Positions 10,595 to 20,540 are shown, numbered from the stretch's first letter. The stretch: DNA of 64,000 nucleotides from Candidatus Woesearchaeota archaeon (GCA_018696595.1 JABHQW010000008.1:192001-256000), one strand, 5' to 3'. Notes: generated by a model from the sequence alone, not told the origin. Translations and numbers: made by a program.

Positions 10595-11143
10595 CTAAAT
10601 ACTTAATTCTTTCTTACTTCTTCCGCCCAAAACTTTCCAGAAAGCGAACAAATCTTGTGTTGAACGCAATTCTTTTTCATTCTTAGCGAAAGTAGAAAAA
10701 AGCATTTTAACTTTATATCTCTTACAAAGTTTAATATTAAGTTTCATTCTGGCAATTGATTTTTCTCTATTTTTAGAATTAAATATTTCTGAAAAAGAAA
10801 AAGCAATAATTTTATCTTTATCTCTAGCAATCTTACAAGTAATCTGATCTAGTCCTCCACGAACGAAATGAACAGAATCTTTAGGATTAATTGTTTCCAT
10901 CCCATAAACAATATCAACTTTTGATTTCTCTAAAGCAAATCTAAGCAATTCTTCTGTCTGTGGTTTAAAGATAGTTAATAATTTCTTTCTTTTCGCAGCA
11001 TCGATCTTTTTAAGCAACTCTTTTTTTGTTTCTGCTTGAACTAAAACAAAATCTTTTTCCAAGAATAATGTTTTAGTAAAACCTAGTTTCTTGCTTAATT
11101 GTTCAATTTCCTTACTTTCTTTTGCTAAGATTAAGTTGTTCAT
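10595..11143 (-). CDS. rnp3: Ribonuclease P protein component 3 (Rpp30), short form
   Basis: VDIVY, RGGLDQITCKIARDKDKIIAFSF and NIKLCKRYKVKMLFS match the archaeal Rpp30 pattern. Confidence 0.8.
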   Translation of the reverse strand: MNNLILAKESKEIEQLSKKLGFTKTLFLEKDFVLVQAETKKELLKKIDAAKRKKLLTIFKPQTEELLRFALEKSKVDIVYGMETINPKDSVHFVRGGLDQITCKIARDKDKIIAFSFSEIFNSKNREKSIARMKLNIKLCKRYKVKMLFSTFAKNEKELRSTQDLFAFWKVLGGRSKKELSI

Positions 11144-11463
11144 GATTATTCGAAAGAGAACCTGATTATAAATAGTTTTCTAAAAAGTAATCACTCCCTA
11201 AATCAAAAATGAAGATTGGAAACAAAATGTTGCCCAATACCCTAAAATATAGTCTTCAATTTTTATTATTTTTTGTAACAAAAATTTACTTAAAATCCTC
11301 TGTTTCTGATTTTCACTACCACTTAACAAATAAATCCCACAATCTTTATAAAGTCCCGTTTAAAATTCATACATAGTTAAGTAATTCATATTTAAAGGCA
11401 AGTAGGATAAAGATTCTATTTTGCTATTGAACTTAACAATAACGGCCTTATTAGGAGACCAAC

Positions 11464-12411
11464 ATGGGATGTAATGAAAATAATAAAGAATGTACTAATA
11501 ATTATAACAAAAAGATAGTTTTACAACATGGAAAGTTAACCCCACAAGAATTCTTACAATATTTTGAAACAAAAGTTTTCAAAACTATAAAAAAATATAA
11601 ATTGTTTGAAAGAAATGAAAAAATATGTGTTGCTGCATCGGGCGGAAAAGATTCTACTGCAGTTTTACACTTAACAAAACGATATTACGAAAGATATAAT
11701 ATTCCATTAGAAAACTTATTTGCAATTGCTATTGATGAAGGAATAGAACGACACAGAAATGAATCGTTAAAGAATCTTAAACAATTTTGTAAGGCTGAAA
11801 ATATCAAATTGATCATTGTAAATGTTAAAGATAATTTCAAAACTAATATTGATGAATCTGCAGAAAAAATTCGAAAGATCGGTAGAAAACCTTGTATGGT
11901 TTGTGGAATTTGGCGAAGATATTTGTTAAACAAATATGCAAGAGAAAATGGGGCAAAAAAATTAATTACTGGACACAATTTAGACGATGAAGCGCAAGCA
12001 ATTATGATGAACCAGTTCAAAGCAAATGTTTCTTTAACCGCTTCTTTAGGACCAATTTCTGGAAAAAAAGACCATAAAATGTTTGTCAGGAGAATTAAAC
12101 CCTTATACTTTTGCACTAATGATGAAGTTGAAATTTATTGTAAAGTTAAAGGTTGGGAATTAGACTTTTGTGATTGTTTATATTCACAAGAAGGTTATCG
12201 ATCACAAATTAAACAAATGTTGAATGAGTTTGAAGAAAAATATCCAGGAACTAAACATGGAATTGTAAAGTCATTTTTAGAAATTCTTCCTTTGATTAAA
12301 GAGAAAGCCAATCAAGATATTGGAAAAATTAAAGAATGTGAAATTTGCAAGGAACCAGCAAATAAGAATGTTTGTAACGCTTGTAAATTACAGAAAGAAT
12401 TGTTGGGTTAA
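11464..12411 (+). CDS. ttuA: TtuA/NcsA (TIGR00269-like) tRNA 2-thiolation enzyme
   Basis: PP-loop ASGGKDS, KPCMVCGIWRR, TGHNLDDEAQ, C-terminal CxxC...CxxC zinc finger. Confidence 0.85.
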   Translation: MGCNENNKECTNNYNKKIVLQHGKLTPQEFLQYFETKVFKTIKKYKLFERNEKICVAASGGKDSTAVLHLTKRYYERYNIPLENLFAIAIDEGIERHRNESLKNLKQFCKAENIKLIIVNVKDNFKTNIDESAEKIRKIGRKPCMVCGIWRRYLLNKYARENGAKKLITGHNLDDEAQAIMMNQFKANVSLTASLGPISGKKDHKMFVRRIKPLYFCTNDEVEIYCKVKGWELDFCDCLYSQEGYRSQIKQMLNEFEEKYPGTKHGIVKSFLEILPLIKEKANQDIGKIKECEICKEPANKNVCNACKLQKELLG

Positions 12412-13238
12412 GAAAACTCTTCTAACTTCTCTTCAATTTCTTCCCCGGAAAAAGCAATCAAGGGTCTAAATATTAATAGATCGGTTTGATACTCTTTCTT
12501 AGTTTCAAAGTTATCACCAACCACTAAAGCGTCAAGATGATAATCTTCAGAAAATTTTTGGAACGCCGAAAAATCTTTAACAATTTTTAATTTAATTTCT
12601 TGTGGATAAAATTTTTGTAACAAAGAAATGTCTTTTTCAGAATATGCAACTGGAACCACAAAACAACCACGTTTCATAAACATTAGTCCAGCCAGAATAC
12701 TAAATTTATTTTCAACTAATAAAAATACTTTTCCTTCAACTCCAGTTGGTAAACCGCCAAAACAATCAATCTTTTCAATAAACAAATAAACTCCACTTTG
12801 GTTAATTTCTATATGTAAAGTAATATCTTGATTTTTAAATTTAAATTCAAAATTTGAATTTTCTTCAATAAATTTCCCCACAGAAATGCTCAACTCAGGA
12901 GATTTTATAGGAAATGATTTGTCAGATCTCTTAGTTTCAACCCTAAATGTTTTTTGACTCTTACATTCTGATTGTAACAATTTCAGGGCTTCTTTCTTGA
13001 TTTCTTCAACATCTCGGTCAATTTTAATTGCTAAAGAATAAGAGGTCAAACCAAACACGTTTTTCAATAAATTATGGTTGTCAAAATAATCAACAATAAA
13101 TCTGCCACGAAGTTTCTTTACTTGATCAATAAACGCTATTTTTTTGATATTACTAACTAACTTGTTCTCAAATAAATTACGATTTTTTCCCTTCAAAAAT
13201 ATCTCTCCGGGACGCAATAAGATAGTATTATAACCCAT
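12408..13238 (-). CDS. thiI: ThiI-like THUMP-domain protein lacking catalytic motifs
   Basis: ILLRPGEIFLKGKNR, TFRVETKRSDKSF, GGLPTG, MKRGC, RPLIAF are present; the SGGIDS PP-loop is absent. Likely start is ATG 13238 (the ORF track extends to GTG 13343). Confidence 0.75.
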   Translation of the reverse strand: MGYNTILLRPGEIFLKGKNRNLFENKLVSNIKKIAFIDQVKKLRGRFIVDYFDNHNLLKNVFGLTSYSLAIKIDRDVEEIKKEALKLLQSECKSQKTFRVETKRSDKSFPIKSPELSISVGKFIEENSNFEFKFKNQDITLHIEINQSGVYLFIEKIDCFGGLPTGVEGKVFLLVENKFSILAGLMFMKRGCFVVPVAYSEKDISLLQKFYPQEIKLKIVKDFSAFQKFSEDYHLDALVVGDNFETKKEYQTDLLIFRPLIAFSGEEIEEKLEEFS

Positions 13239-13359
13239 ATTTTGCAAAATAGGGGTTGTTTTTAAAAAAGTTGTTACAAATTTAACAAATATAGTTTTTG
13301 ATTTATAAACACCCTTCATTTCAAATGTAGCTGTTTTCGTCACTGTTTTCCGACGAATA

Positions 13360-13371
13360 CTCCATAAGAAA
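13360..13371 (+). promoter_or_regulatory. Mini-ORB-like site in the thiI/tbp divergent intergenic region
   Basis: CTCCATAAGAAA is identical to the core of the two minus-strand ORB boxes at 18281-18302 and 18414-18435. Confidence 0.4.
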
Positions 13372-13515
13372 CGTACGTTATTTTAGTTTTGAAAATGTAT
13401 ATACATTAAATACATTCAAAAAATCAAGGCATTTATAAAGGGAATATTTAAATACTTGACATTCATTTATAAAGGAAAATAGCGATTTATAAATAAACTT
13501 GGGGGTTTAAAAAAA

Positions 13516-14121
13516 ATGGCAAAAAACGAATCTAAAAAGGAAGTTAAAAATCCTAAACAAGGAAGTAAAGGTTGGGGTAGAAAAGAAATTAAAATTGTAA
13601 ATATAGTTGTTTCTACAGGAATGGAAAAAGAAGTACCTTTAGAAAAAATGGCAGCAACACTACCAAATACTGAATATAATCCTGAACAATTCCCTGGATT
13701 AGTATTAAGAATTAAAGATCCAAAAACATCTGCATTAATTTTCTCTAGTGGAAAAGTTGTTTGTACTGGAGCAAGAACTATGGAAGATGTGGATAAGAGT
13801 ATTCTAAGCATCATTAAAAGTCTTAAAAAACTCAATATTGTTGTTACTATCAAACCAGAAATTACTGTTCAAAACATTGTTGCTTCTGGTTCAATTGGCA
13901 TGGATTTAAACTTAAATGTGTTAGGAATTAAATTACCAAACACAGAATATGAACCTGAACAGTTTCCAGGATTAGTTCATAAGTTAAAAGGTACTAATGC
14001 TACTTTCCTTCTATTTAGTAATGGTAAAATTGTTTGTACTGGAACTAAAACCGAAGGCCAAGTTCATGAAGCTACAGATAAGCTAATTGAAAACTTAAAA
14101 AAGTTGATTGGAAAAAACTAG
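13516..14121 (+). CDS. tbp: TATA-box-binding protein
   Basis: Two TBP repeats: NIV...EYNPEQFPGLV...ALIFSSGKVVCTG and EYEPEQFPGLV...LLFSNGKIVCTG. Confidence 0.98.
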   Translation: MAKNESKKEVKNPKQGSKGWGRKEIKIVNIVVSTGMEKEVPLEKMAATLPNTEYNPEQFPGLVLRIKDPKTSALIFSSGKVVCTGARTMEDVDKSILSIIKSLKKLNIVVTIKPEITVQNIVASGSIGMDLNLNVLGIKLPNTEYEPEQFPGLVHKLKGTNATFLLFSNGKIVCTGTKTEGQVHEATDKLIENLKKLIGKN

Positions 14122-14178
14122 GCAATTAGACAACATAAATCTTTATATATTTCTTTTTTTATTTATCTCTTTATACTT

Positions 14179-14266
14179 AGAGCAGTTAAATATTTGAATT
14201 AAATAACTGCTCTTGTGTATACCAAAGCACTACTTAAATATACGAAACATTAGTGCTTTTAGTATA
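14179..14266. other. Two adjacent inverted repeats upstream of mcm
   Basis: AGAGCAGTTA (14179-14188)/TAACTGCTCT (14204-14213) and AAAGCACTA (14224-14232)/TAGTGCTTT (14251-14259). Confidence 0.55.
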
Positions 14267-14319
14267 AGATCAAAGGGGGTAAAAATTATTAGCTAATAGC
14301 TAATAATCTTTGTAGTTAT

Positions 14320-16341
14320 ATGGAAGTTGATGAACAAATTAAGGTATTTCGTGAATTTATTGAACAAAATCGTTATCCACAATTGTTAGAAGCAGTTAGA
14401 AAAGGATTTACGCATTTGGTACTAGATTTCTCAGAATTAATCAAATTTAATACTGAAATTACGGAAGAAATATTAGAAAACCCTGAAGAATTATTAAAAG
14501 CGGCAGAATTAGCAATCAAAGAATTTGATTTGCCAAAAAAGATTACTAAATTTACAGTAAGATTTACTAAACTCCCAGAATCTCAAAAAATTAGTATTTC
14601 TGAAATTAGAAGCAAACATTTAAACAAATTTATTTGGTGTGAAGGAATTGTTAGACAAAAATCAAATGTTCGGCCACATGTAACCGCTGCCAAATTTGAA
14701 TGTCCTTCTTGTGGAAATATTCTTAGTGTACTTCAATTAGATCAGAAATATAAAGAACCAACAAGGTGTGGTTGTGGCAGAAAAGGTAAATTTAAAGAAA
14801 TTTCTAAACAGTTAGTAGACGGCCAAGGATTAGTTTTGGAAGAATCTCCTGACGATTTGGATGGAGCACAATCAAAAAGAATTAACGTTTTTCTTAAAGA
14901 TGATTTAGTAAGCCCGATGTCTGAAAGAAGAACTAGTCCTGGCGCAAGAGTAAAATTATGTGGATGGGTTACTGAAGTTCCAATCACGTTAAGAAGTGGT
15001 GGACAAGCAACAAAATATGATTTAATTATTGAAGCTAATTATATTGAACCACTTGAAGATGATTTTACTAATCTTAAAATGACTGAAGAAGAACTTGATG
15101 AAATTAAAAGTATTGCTCGTCAAGAAAATGTTATAAATGTACTCGCCAAAAGTATTGCCCCCTCAATTTATGGACATGATAAAGTTAAAGAAGCTTTAGT
15201 TTTGCAATTGGCAGGAGGGTGTAGAAAAGTCCGACCAGATGGTGTAATTACAAGAGGAGACATGCACACTCTTTTAATTGGTGATCCTGGTTCAGGAAAA
15301 TCTCAATTACTAAAAAGGATTAGTAAGGTTGCTCCAAAAGCAAGATTTACTTCAGGTAAAGGTGCTACTGCTGCAGGTTTAACTGCCTCTGTTGTTAAAG
15401 ATGAATTTCTTGGTGGTTGGAGTTTAGAAGCAGGTACACTAGTTCTAGCTAACAAAGGTTTTGCAATTATTGATGAGATGGATAAAATGGGCAAAGAAGA
15501 TCGTTCTGCTTTGCACGAAGCTTTAGAGCAGCAAAGTGTAAGTATAGCGAAAGCAAACATTCAAGCGACTTTACGTTGTGAGACTACTGTTTTAGCAGCA
15601 GCTAATCCAAAATTTGGAAGATTTGACCCTTATGATTTAGTTGCAAACCAAATTAATTTACCTCCTACATTAATCAATAGATTTGATTTGATTTTTCCAA
15701 TTAAAGATATGCCTAACAGAGAAAGAGATGATCAAACCGCTTCATTTATTCTTAGTTTACATAAAGACCCTAAAAAAGCGATTGCTGATATTTCTACAGA
15801 ATTGTTAAGAAAATATTTTACTTATGTTAGACAAAGAGCTCATCCTCAGATGACTGATGAAGCAATTGAAGAAATAAAAGAATATTATATTTCAATGCGT
15901 AATTCTGGAGCTGGAGATGAAGCAGGAATGAAAAGCGTCCCAATTACTGCTAGACAATTAGAAGCTTTGGTAAGATTATCGGAAGCTTCTGCAAAAATTA
16001 AGTTAAGTAAATTAGTTACAAAGAAAGATGCACTTAAAGCTATTGAATTAATTGATTATTGTTTGAACCAAATTGCTAAAGATAAAGATACTGGTCAAAT
16101 AGATATTGATAGAATTGGAAGTAAAATGACTGCTACTCAAAGAGGAGGAATTAGTATTGTTAAAGAAGTTATTGCACAATTAGAAGGCGAACTTAGTGCA
16201 AAAATTATTCCTGTTGAAGCAATTGTTGAAGCAGCACAACAAAAAAATATTGCAAAAGAACAAGTAGAAGAAGTTTTAGAAAAATTAAGAAGATCTGGAG
16301 ATATATTTGAACCTAAACGAGGATTTATTCAACGACTATAA
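14320..16341 (+). CDS. mcm: MCM replicative helicase
   Basis: Zn finger CPSCG...CGCG, Walker A GDPGSGKSQ, Walker B IIDEMDKM, AAANP, NRFD arginine finger, ITARQLE; no intein. Confidence 0.98.
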   Translation: MEVDEQIKVFREFIEQNRYPQLLEAVRKGFTHLVLDFSELIKFNTEITEEILENPEELLKAAELAIKEFDLPKKITKFTVRFTKLPESQKISISEIRSKHLNKFIWCEGIVRQKSNVRPHVTAAKFECPSCGNILSVLQLDQKYKEPTRCGCGRKGKFKEISKQLVDGQGLVLEESPDDLDGAQSKRINVFLKDDLVSPMSERRTSPGARVKLCGWVTEVPITLRSGGQATKYDLIIEANYIEPLEDDFTNLKMTEEELDEIKSIARQENVINVLAKSIAPSIYGHDKVKEALVLQLAGGCRKVRPDGVITRGDMHTLLIGDPGSGKSQLLKRISKVAPKARFTSGKGATAAGLTASVVKDEFLGGWSLEAGTLVLANKGFAIIDEMDKMGKEDRSALHEALEQQSVSIAKANIQATLRCETTVLAAANPKFGRFDPYDLVANQINLPPTLINRFDLIFPIKDMPNRERDDQTASFILSLHKDPKKAIADISTELLRKYFTYVRQRAHPQMTDEAIEEIKEYYISMRNSGAGDEAGMKSVPITARQLEALVRLSEASAKIKLSKLVTKKDALKAIELIDYCLNQIAKDKDTGQIDIDRIGSKMTATQRGGISIVKEVIAQLEGELSAKIIPVEAIVEAAQQKNIAKEQVEEVLEKLRRSGDIFEPKRGFIQRL

Positions 16342-16343
16342 AA

Positions 16344-17105
16344 ATGGAACAAAACAAATTTGAACGACACACTGCCGTAAAAACAATAATTAAAGAATTG
16401 TTAACTGGAGAATATGTACAAGAAAAAGAAAATAATCCTAATTATTTGTTATCTTCTTCTAAAGAAAAGATTCATAGATTAAATGTAATGGGTATTATTT
16501 TAACTAAAGAGATTTTAGGTTCTGTTGTAAACATTTTAATTGATGATGGTACTGGTCAAATCAATTTACGTTTTTTTGAAGAAAACAAAATAATTGATTC
16601 TTTAAATACGGGTGACGCCATTTTAGTTATTGGAAGATTAAGAACTTATAATCAAGAAAGATATATTTCTTCAGAAATTGTTAAAAAAATTGATCATCTT
16701 TGGTTAAAATTAAGATCTTTAGAATTGAAGGAATTAATTAATAAAAAAGAAGAAATTGTTGTGGAAAAAGAGCCAGTTGTTGCAATAACTAACAAAGTAC
16801 AAGAAACTAAAAAACTTGTTGTTGAAGCAATTACAGAAAAAGAAATTGTTAAAAATAAAAAAGAAGAAATTATTGAGAAAGAAGATAATACTGAAGAAGA
16901 AATAAGTGATAATGTTAAAGAAGATATTCTTTTACCAATAGAAAAAATTAAAAAAATTATTGAAGAGATGGATACAGGAGATGGCGTATTAATTGAAGAA
17001 ATAATTTCTAAATCTCCTTTAAATGATACTGAAGAAGTTATTGAAAAAATGTTAGAAGCAGGAGATATTTTTCAAAACCTTCCTGGTAAAGTTAAAGTTT
17101 TGTAA
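16344..17105 (+). CDS. OB-fold protein (RPA32-like) with C-terminal winged helix
   Basis: RLNVMGII...IDDGTGQINLRFF...VIGRLRTY OB fold; C-terminal EKMLEAGDIFQ wH; starts 2 nt after the mcm stop codon. Confidence 0.75.
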   Translation: MEQNKFERHTAVKTIIKELLTGEYVQEKENNPNYLLSSSKEKIHRLNVMGIILTKEILGSVVNILIDDGTGQINLRFFEENKIIDSLNTGDAILVIGRLRTYNQERYISSEIVKKIDHLWLKLRSLELKELINKKEEIVVEKEPVVAITNKVQETKKLVVEAITEKEIVKNKKEEIIEKEDNTEEEISDNVKEDILLPIEKIKKIIEEMDTGDGVLIEEIISKSPLNDTEEVIEKMLEAGDIFQNLPGKVKVL

Positions 17106-17125
17106 ATTAAATACTTCAATTATTT

Positions 17126-17965
17126 TCAAAACATCAATGGCGTTACATAGACTTCTACTAATGCTGCTACAATTAAAATTCCTACACTGATCAAAATCAT
17201 GTCTAAAGCGTCCATTAAGACACGATCCTCTTTCAAGTTGTGTTTGATTAATGCAATAGAAATAATCCCACCAGCCAAACCAGCAACGAAATATGAAGCC
17301 ATTTCTAAAATACCATGAGTCATATAACGTAAAAAACTGAATGAAGCAGCAGAAAAGTATGAAGAAATTGCAGGTAAACCAATTAAAGAAGCACCTTTAG
17401 CCAATTCCATCTTAAAAAAGTTACCCATTGCCGTAGCTACAACTGAAGCGTTCCAAGTTAAAATGAATATTGCTCCTGTTCCATATAAAAATGAAAAAGT
17501 TATACAGAAAAATAAAACTTTAAGATTGTTAAGAAATATTTTTGTTAATAAACCAAAATGAGTAATTCCTCCTTGAACATTATTGTTAGTGTTAACAATT
17601 GCTTTTTCTTGTAAAGAAAAAATTACTGTCGAAGTCTCACTTGGTAAAAATACATAAGCTAGAGCTAAAGCACTAGTTATTCCCAAAAATAAGAAAACTA
17701 GAAAAATTAATACTTTGGCATGCTCTTTAAGTAATTTCCATTCAGTATCATACTTTAAATCTATTTCTTCTTCGTTCTTAATTGTAGTGTAAAGCATTGG
17801 TAAAGTTGCCATTACAATTAAGAATACTGTTAATAACCCTGAAACTTCTCTAAAAACTAAATAAGATAAAGTTAATCCTACTAAAGCATATACAAAACCA
17901 GCTATAAACATTTCCCATGGTTTCTTCTTAACTGCAAAAGGATTGAATAAAGATTCTAAGACCAT
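17126..17965 (-). CDS. SpoIIM-like polytopic membrane protein
   Basis: Multiple TM helices; IFLNNLKV...WNASV and HGILEMASYFVAGLAG motifs. Confidence 0.8.
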   Translation of the reverse strand: MVLESLFNPFAVKKKPWEMFIAGFVYALVGLTLSYLVFREVSGLLTVFLIVMATLPMLYTTIKNEEEIDLKYDTEWKLLKEHAKVLIFLVFLFLGITSALALAYVFLPSETSTVIFSLQEKAIVNTNNNVQGGITHFGLLTKIFLNNLKVLFFCITFSFLYGTGAIFILTWNASVVATAMGNFFKMELAKGASLIGLPAISSYFSAASFSFLRYMTHGILEMASYFVAGLAGGIISIALIKHNLKEDRVLMDALDMILISVGILIVAALVEVYVTPLMF

Positions 17966-18280
17966 TAATAAATGAATAATAAAAATGTATTTAAAGCTTT
18001 TCTTTTGATTGTAATATTAATTATTTTGTGTTAACAAAAACACTACTGCTAATGGTGGCACATTTTGTTCATTTTTTATTCAATGAAAAACATAAAATAA
18101 AGTAAACTAAAATTAATGAACAAAATTCTGGGTGCTGTAGTGGTTTTGCTTTTATTAAATTAATTTAATATTACTTTTTTAAATTATATATTATGAAAAT
18201 ATTGTTCTGTATGTTTACGACTGAATACAAAAAATTTTTACTCCTTAAAAAAAGATTAATGCATATATTCAATACCGTGA

Positions 18281-18302
18281 CACCTTAATTTCTTATGGAG
18301 AA
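18281..18302 (-). promoter_or_regulatory. ORB-like box
   Basis: Minus strand TTCTCCATAAGAAATTAAGGTG fits TCCA-N3-GAAA-N-G-string. Confidence 0.7.
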
Positions 18303-18413
18303 TATTTTCAAAGGAAAAAATTCTTTGTGATGAAAAATTATTGAGGTTAATTAGTGATCAATGGTTTGAATCATCAAAAAGAAAGAGCGTGAGATAATCC
18401 TTCGGACGAGCTG

Positions 18414-18435
18414 ACCCTTAATTTCTTATGGAGAA
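18414..18435 (-). promoter_or_regulatory. ORB-like box
   Basis: Minus strand TTCTCCATAAGAAATTAAGGGT, near-identical to the 18281 copy. Confidence 0.7.
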
Positions 18436-18739
18436 TTATTTAATTTTGTTTGAGTTAATTTTAGTTCATGTCTGTGGTTGAATGTAATCCTTTAAGGTTA
18501 TTTGATATTTTATTTAATTAATCAGTATTGATCAATTAAAATCATTCATTATTTCTATTTAAGAGATTCATCAAAAGTAGTAGGGGGGGAAAGAATAAAA
18601 TAAAGAATGAAAGGGAAAATAAAGAATCAAGATAAAGTATCATTGGATTATTATAAAAATAATTAAGAAAGAAAAATTACTTGGATAATTAAATTAATAG
18701 TTTGTTGCTGAAAGTAAGTTAGTATAGTAATAGATTATA

Positions 18740-19060
18740 TAATAATAATAATAATATATTAAATATAATATATAATAAGGTTAAACTTTTCATCTTCTTG
18801 TTCTTATTTGAGATCAAACAACTTTCTTTTTTCATTGTTCTCTTTCTTTCTTCTTCTTTCTTTTCTATATTGAAAATATATATATATATATATATAATAA
18901 ACTATTTAATAATAATAATAATAATATAAAACAAATACAAAAATTACTACTTCTTAATTTTTTTACTTATACCAAAACATTTTTTTTTGATTAACGAATA
19001 ACAAAACAACTTAATCCTTTAACTTCTATATTCTATATTATTACCTCATTATTACCTCAT
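18740..19060. repeat. AT-rich low-complexity core, likely DNA-unwinding element
   Basis: (AAT)n near 18742 and 18908, (TA)n near 18876-18896, tandem TTATTACCTCA at 19038-19059. Confidence 0.6.
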
Positions 19061-19126
19061 TAACTAAAATAAACCTATTAATTCATAATTCACTACTTAA
19101 TAATCTTCAGATAACTATTTATAGAA

Positions 19127-19146
19127 GTTCCACCCGTAATAGAGGT
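19127..19146 (+). promoter_or_regulatory. Degenerate ORB-like box
   Basis: GTTCCACCCGTAATAGAGGT. Confidence 0.45.
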
Positions 19147-19258
19147 ATTAAAGTATATTTGTTGTCTTATACTTTGAAGATGCAATTTCTTTATATAATT
19201 GCAAGCTTCAATGTATGAATATAACAAAAAACAAACAATCTTTTTTTTTAAAAGATAA

Positions 19259-19281
19259 GTTTCCAACAGAAATGAGGGGGT
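19259..19281 (+). promoter_or_regulatory. ORB box with G-string next to the cdc6 start
   Basis: GTTTCCAACAGAAATGAGGGGGT ends 4 nt before the cdc6 ATG. Confidence 0.75.
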
Positions 19282-19285
19282 AGGT

Positions 19286-20488
19286 ATGGCGCAAATAGGG
19301 GATTTTTTTGAGAACTTTTTAAAGAAAGAATCAATCTTTCTGAATAAAGCAGTTTTAATGTCAGCACACATTCCAACTGATATATTGTATCGAGAAGAAC
19401 AAATTCAAGAAGTTGCTAACATCTTGGCACCCTTATTAAGAACAGAAAGACCTTCTAATTTATTTATTTATGGTAAAACTGGAACAGGTAAAACTCTTGC
19501 TGTTAAACATATTATGGAATCTATGTTAGAAATTGCTAAAAAGAATAATGTTCCTTTAAAACCAATTTATGTGAATTGTAAGTTAAAACGTGTTGCTGAT
19601 ACTGAATATAGATTAATTGCACAATTAATTAAGGATTTTGGCAGAGATATTCCTTCAACTGGTTTACCTACAGATGAGGTTTATAATATCTTTTACAAAT
19701 TGTTAGATCAAGAAAAAAAGATTGTTCTTTTGATTTTAGACGAAATTGACCAATTAACTAAAAAGATTGGTGATGAGATCTTATATAACCTAACTAGAAT
19801 TAATGCTGAACTAAAACAATCACAAATTTGTTTACTGGGAATTTCTAATAATTTAGTTTTCTCTGAAAACCTAGATCCTAGAGTTAAAAGTAGTTTATCA
19901 GAAGAAGAATTAATTTTCCCGCCTTATAATGCGATACAAATTCAAGAAATTTTAAAGAGTAGGGCAAAAGTTGCGTTTAAAGAAGAAGTAATTCAACCTG
20001 GAGTAATCGAAAAATGTTCAGCTTATGCTGCTAGAGAACATGGGGATGCTCGAAGAGCAATAGATTTGTTAAGAGTTTCAGGAGAACTTGCCGAAAGAGC
20101 AGGTTCAACAATAGTAAAAATTGAACATTTGGATGATGCTGAAAGAAAAGTTGAATCTGACAAAATAATTAATGCTATTGTCAGTCAACCAAAACAATTT
20201 CAAAGTGTTTTATATTCAATTATTTTAATTTCTCCACAAAAAAGACAATTTTACACTGGAGAAATTTATGAAGTTTACAAAAACATCTGTAAACAGACCA
20301 AATTTAATGTTTTAACTCAAAGAAGAATATCAGATATTCTTGCAGAATTGGACATGTTGGGAATAATTAATGCTAAAATCATTTCTAAAGGTAGATATGG
20401 TAGAACTAGAGAAGTTTCTTTATCTGTTGAAGAAAACATTTTGATTAAACTAAGAGAAATTTTAGAAAAATCTTTACACATTAATTGA
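19286..20488 (+). CDS. cdc6: Orc1/Cdc6 replication initiator
   Basis: YGKTGTGKT, YVNC, ILDEIDQL, HGDARRAIDLLR, wH with TQRRISDILAELDMLGII and GRYGRTRE. Confidence 0.98.
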   Translation: MAQIGDFFENFLKKESIFLNKAVLMSAHIPTDILYREEQIQEVANILAPLLRTERPSNLFIYGKTGTGKTLAVKHIMESMLEIAKKNNVPLKPIYVNCKLKRVADTEYRLIAQLIKDFGRDIPSTGLPTDEVYNIFYKLLDQEKKIVLLILDEIDQLTKKIGDEILYNLTRINAELKQSQICLLGISNNLVFSENLDPRVKSSLSEEELIFPPYNAIQIQEILKSRAKVAFKEEVIQPGVIEKCSAYAAREHGDARRAIDLLRVSGELAERAGSTIVKIEHLDDAERKVESDKIINAIVSQPKQFQSVLYSIILISPQKRQFYTGEIYEVYKNICKQTKFNVLTQRRISDILAELDMLGIINAKIISKGRYGRTREVSLSVEENILIKLREILEKSLHIN

Positions 20489-20540
20489 ATATGAATTTAT
20501 AATTTATTAATAAATAAATAAAAATAAAGTAAAACAAAAT

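Larger units (their letters stand above)
18281..19281. other. Putative chromosomal replication origin (oriC)
   Basis: Gene-free 1.3 kb region directly upstream of cdc6; ORB-like boxes in opposite orientation flank an extremely AT-rich core. Confidence 0.8.

Noticed and set aside
11160-11400. Possible small ORF or RNase P RNA beside rnp3
   Set aside because: Only weak 40-55 codon frames, and no GC-rich helices or RNase P P4 consensus.
18281-18435. Repeat pair as a CRISPR remnant
   Set aside because: Only two copies 133 bp apart, no cas genes, and the sequence fits the ORB consensus.
19093-19371. 92-aa minus-strand ORF
   Set aside because: Overlaps the cdc6 start and the ORB boxes; no recognisable features.
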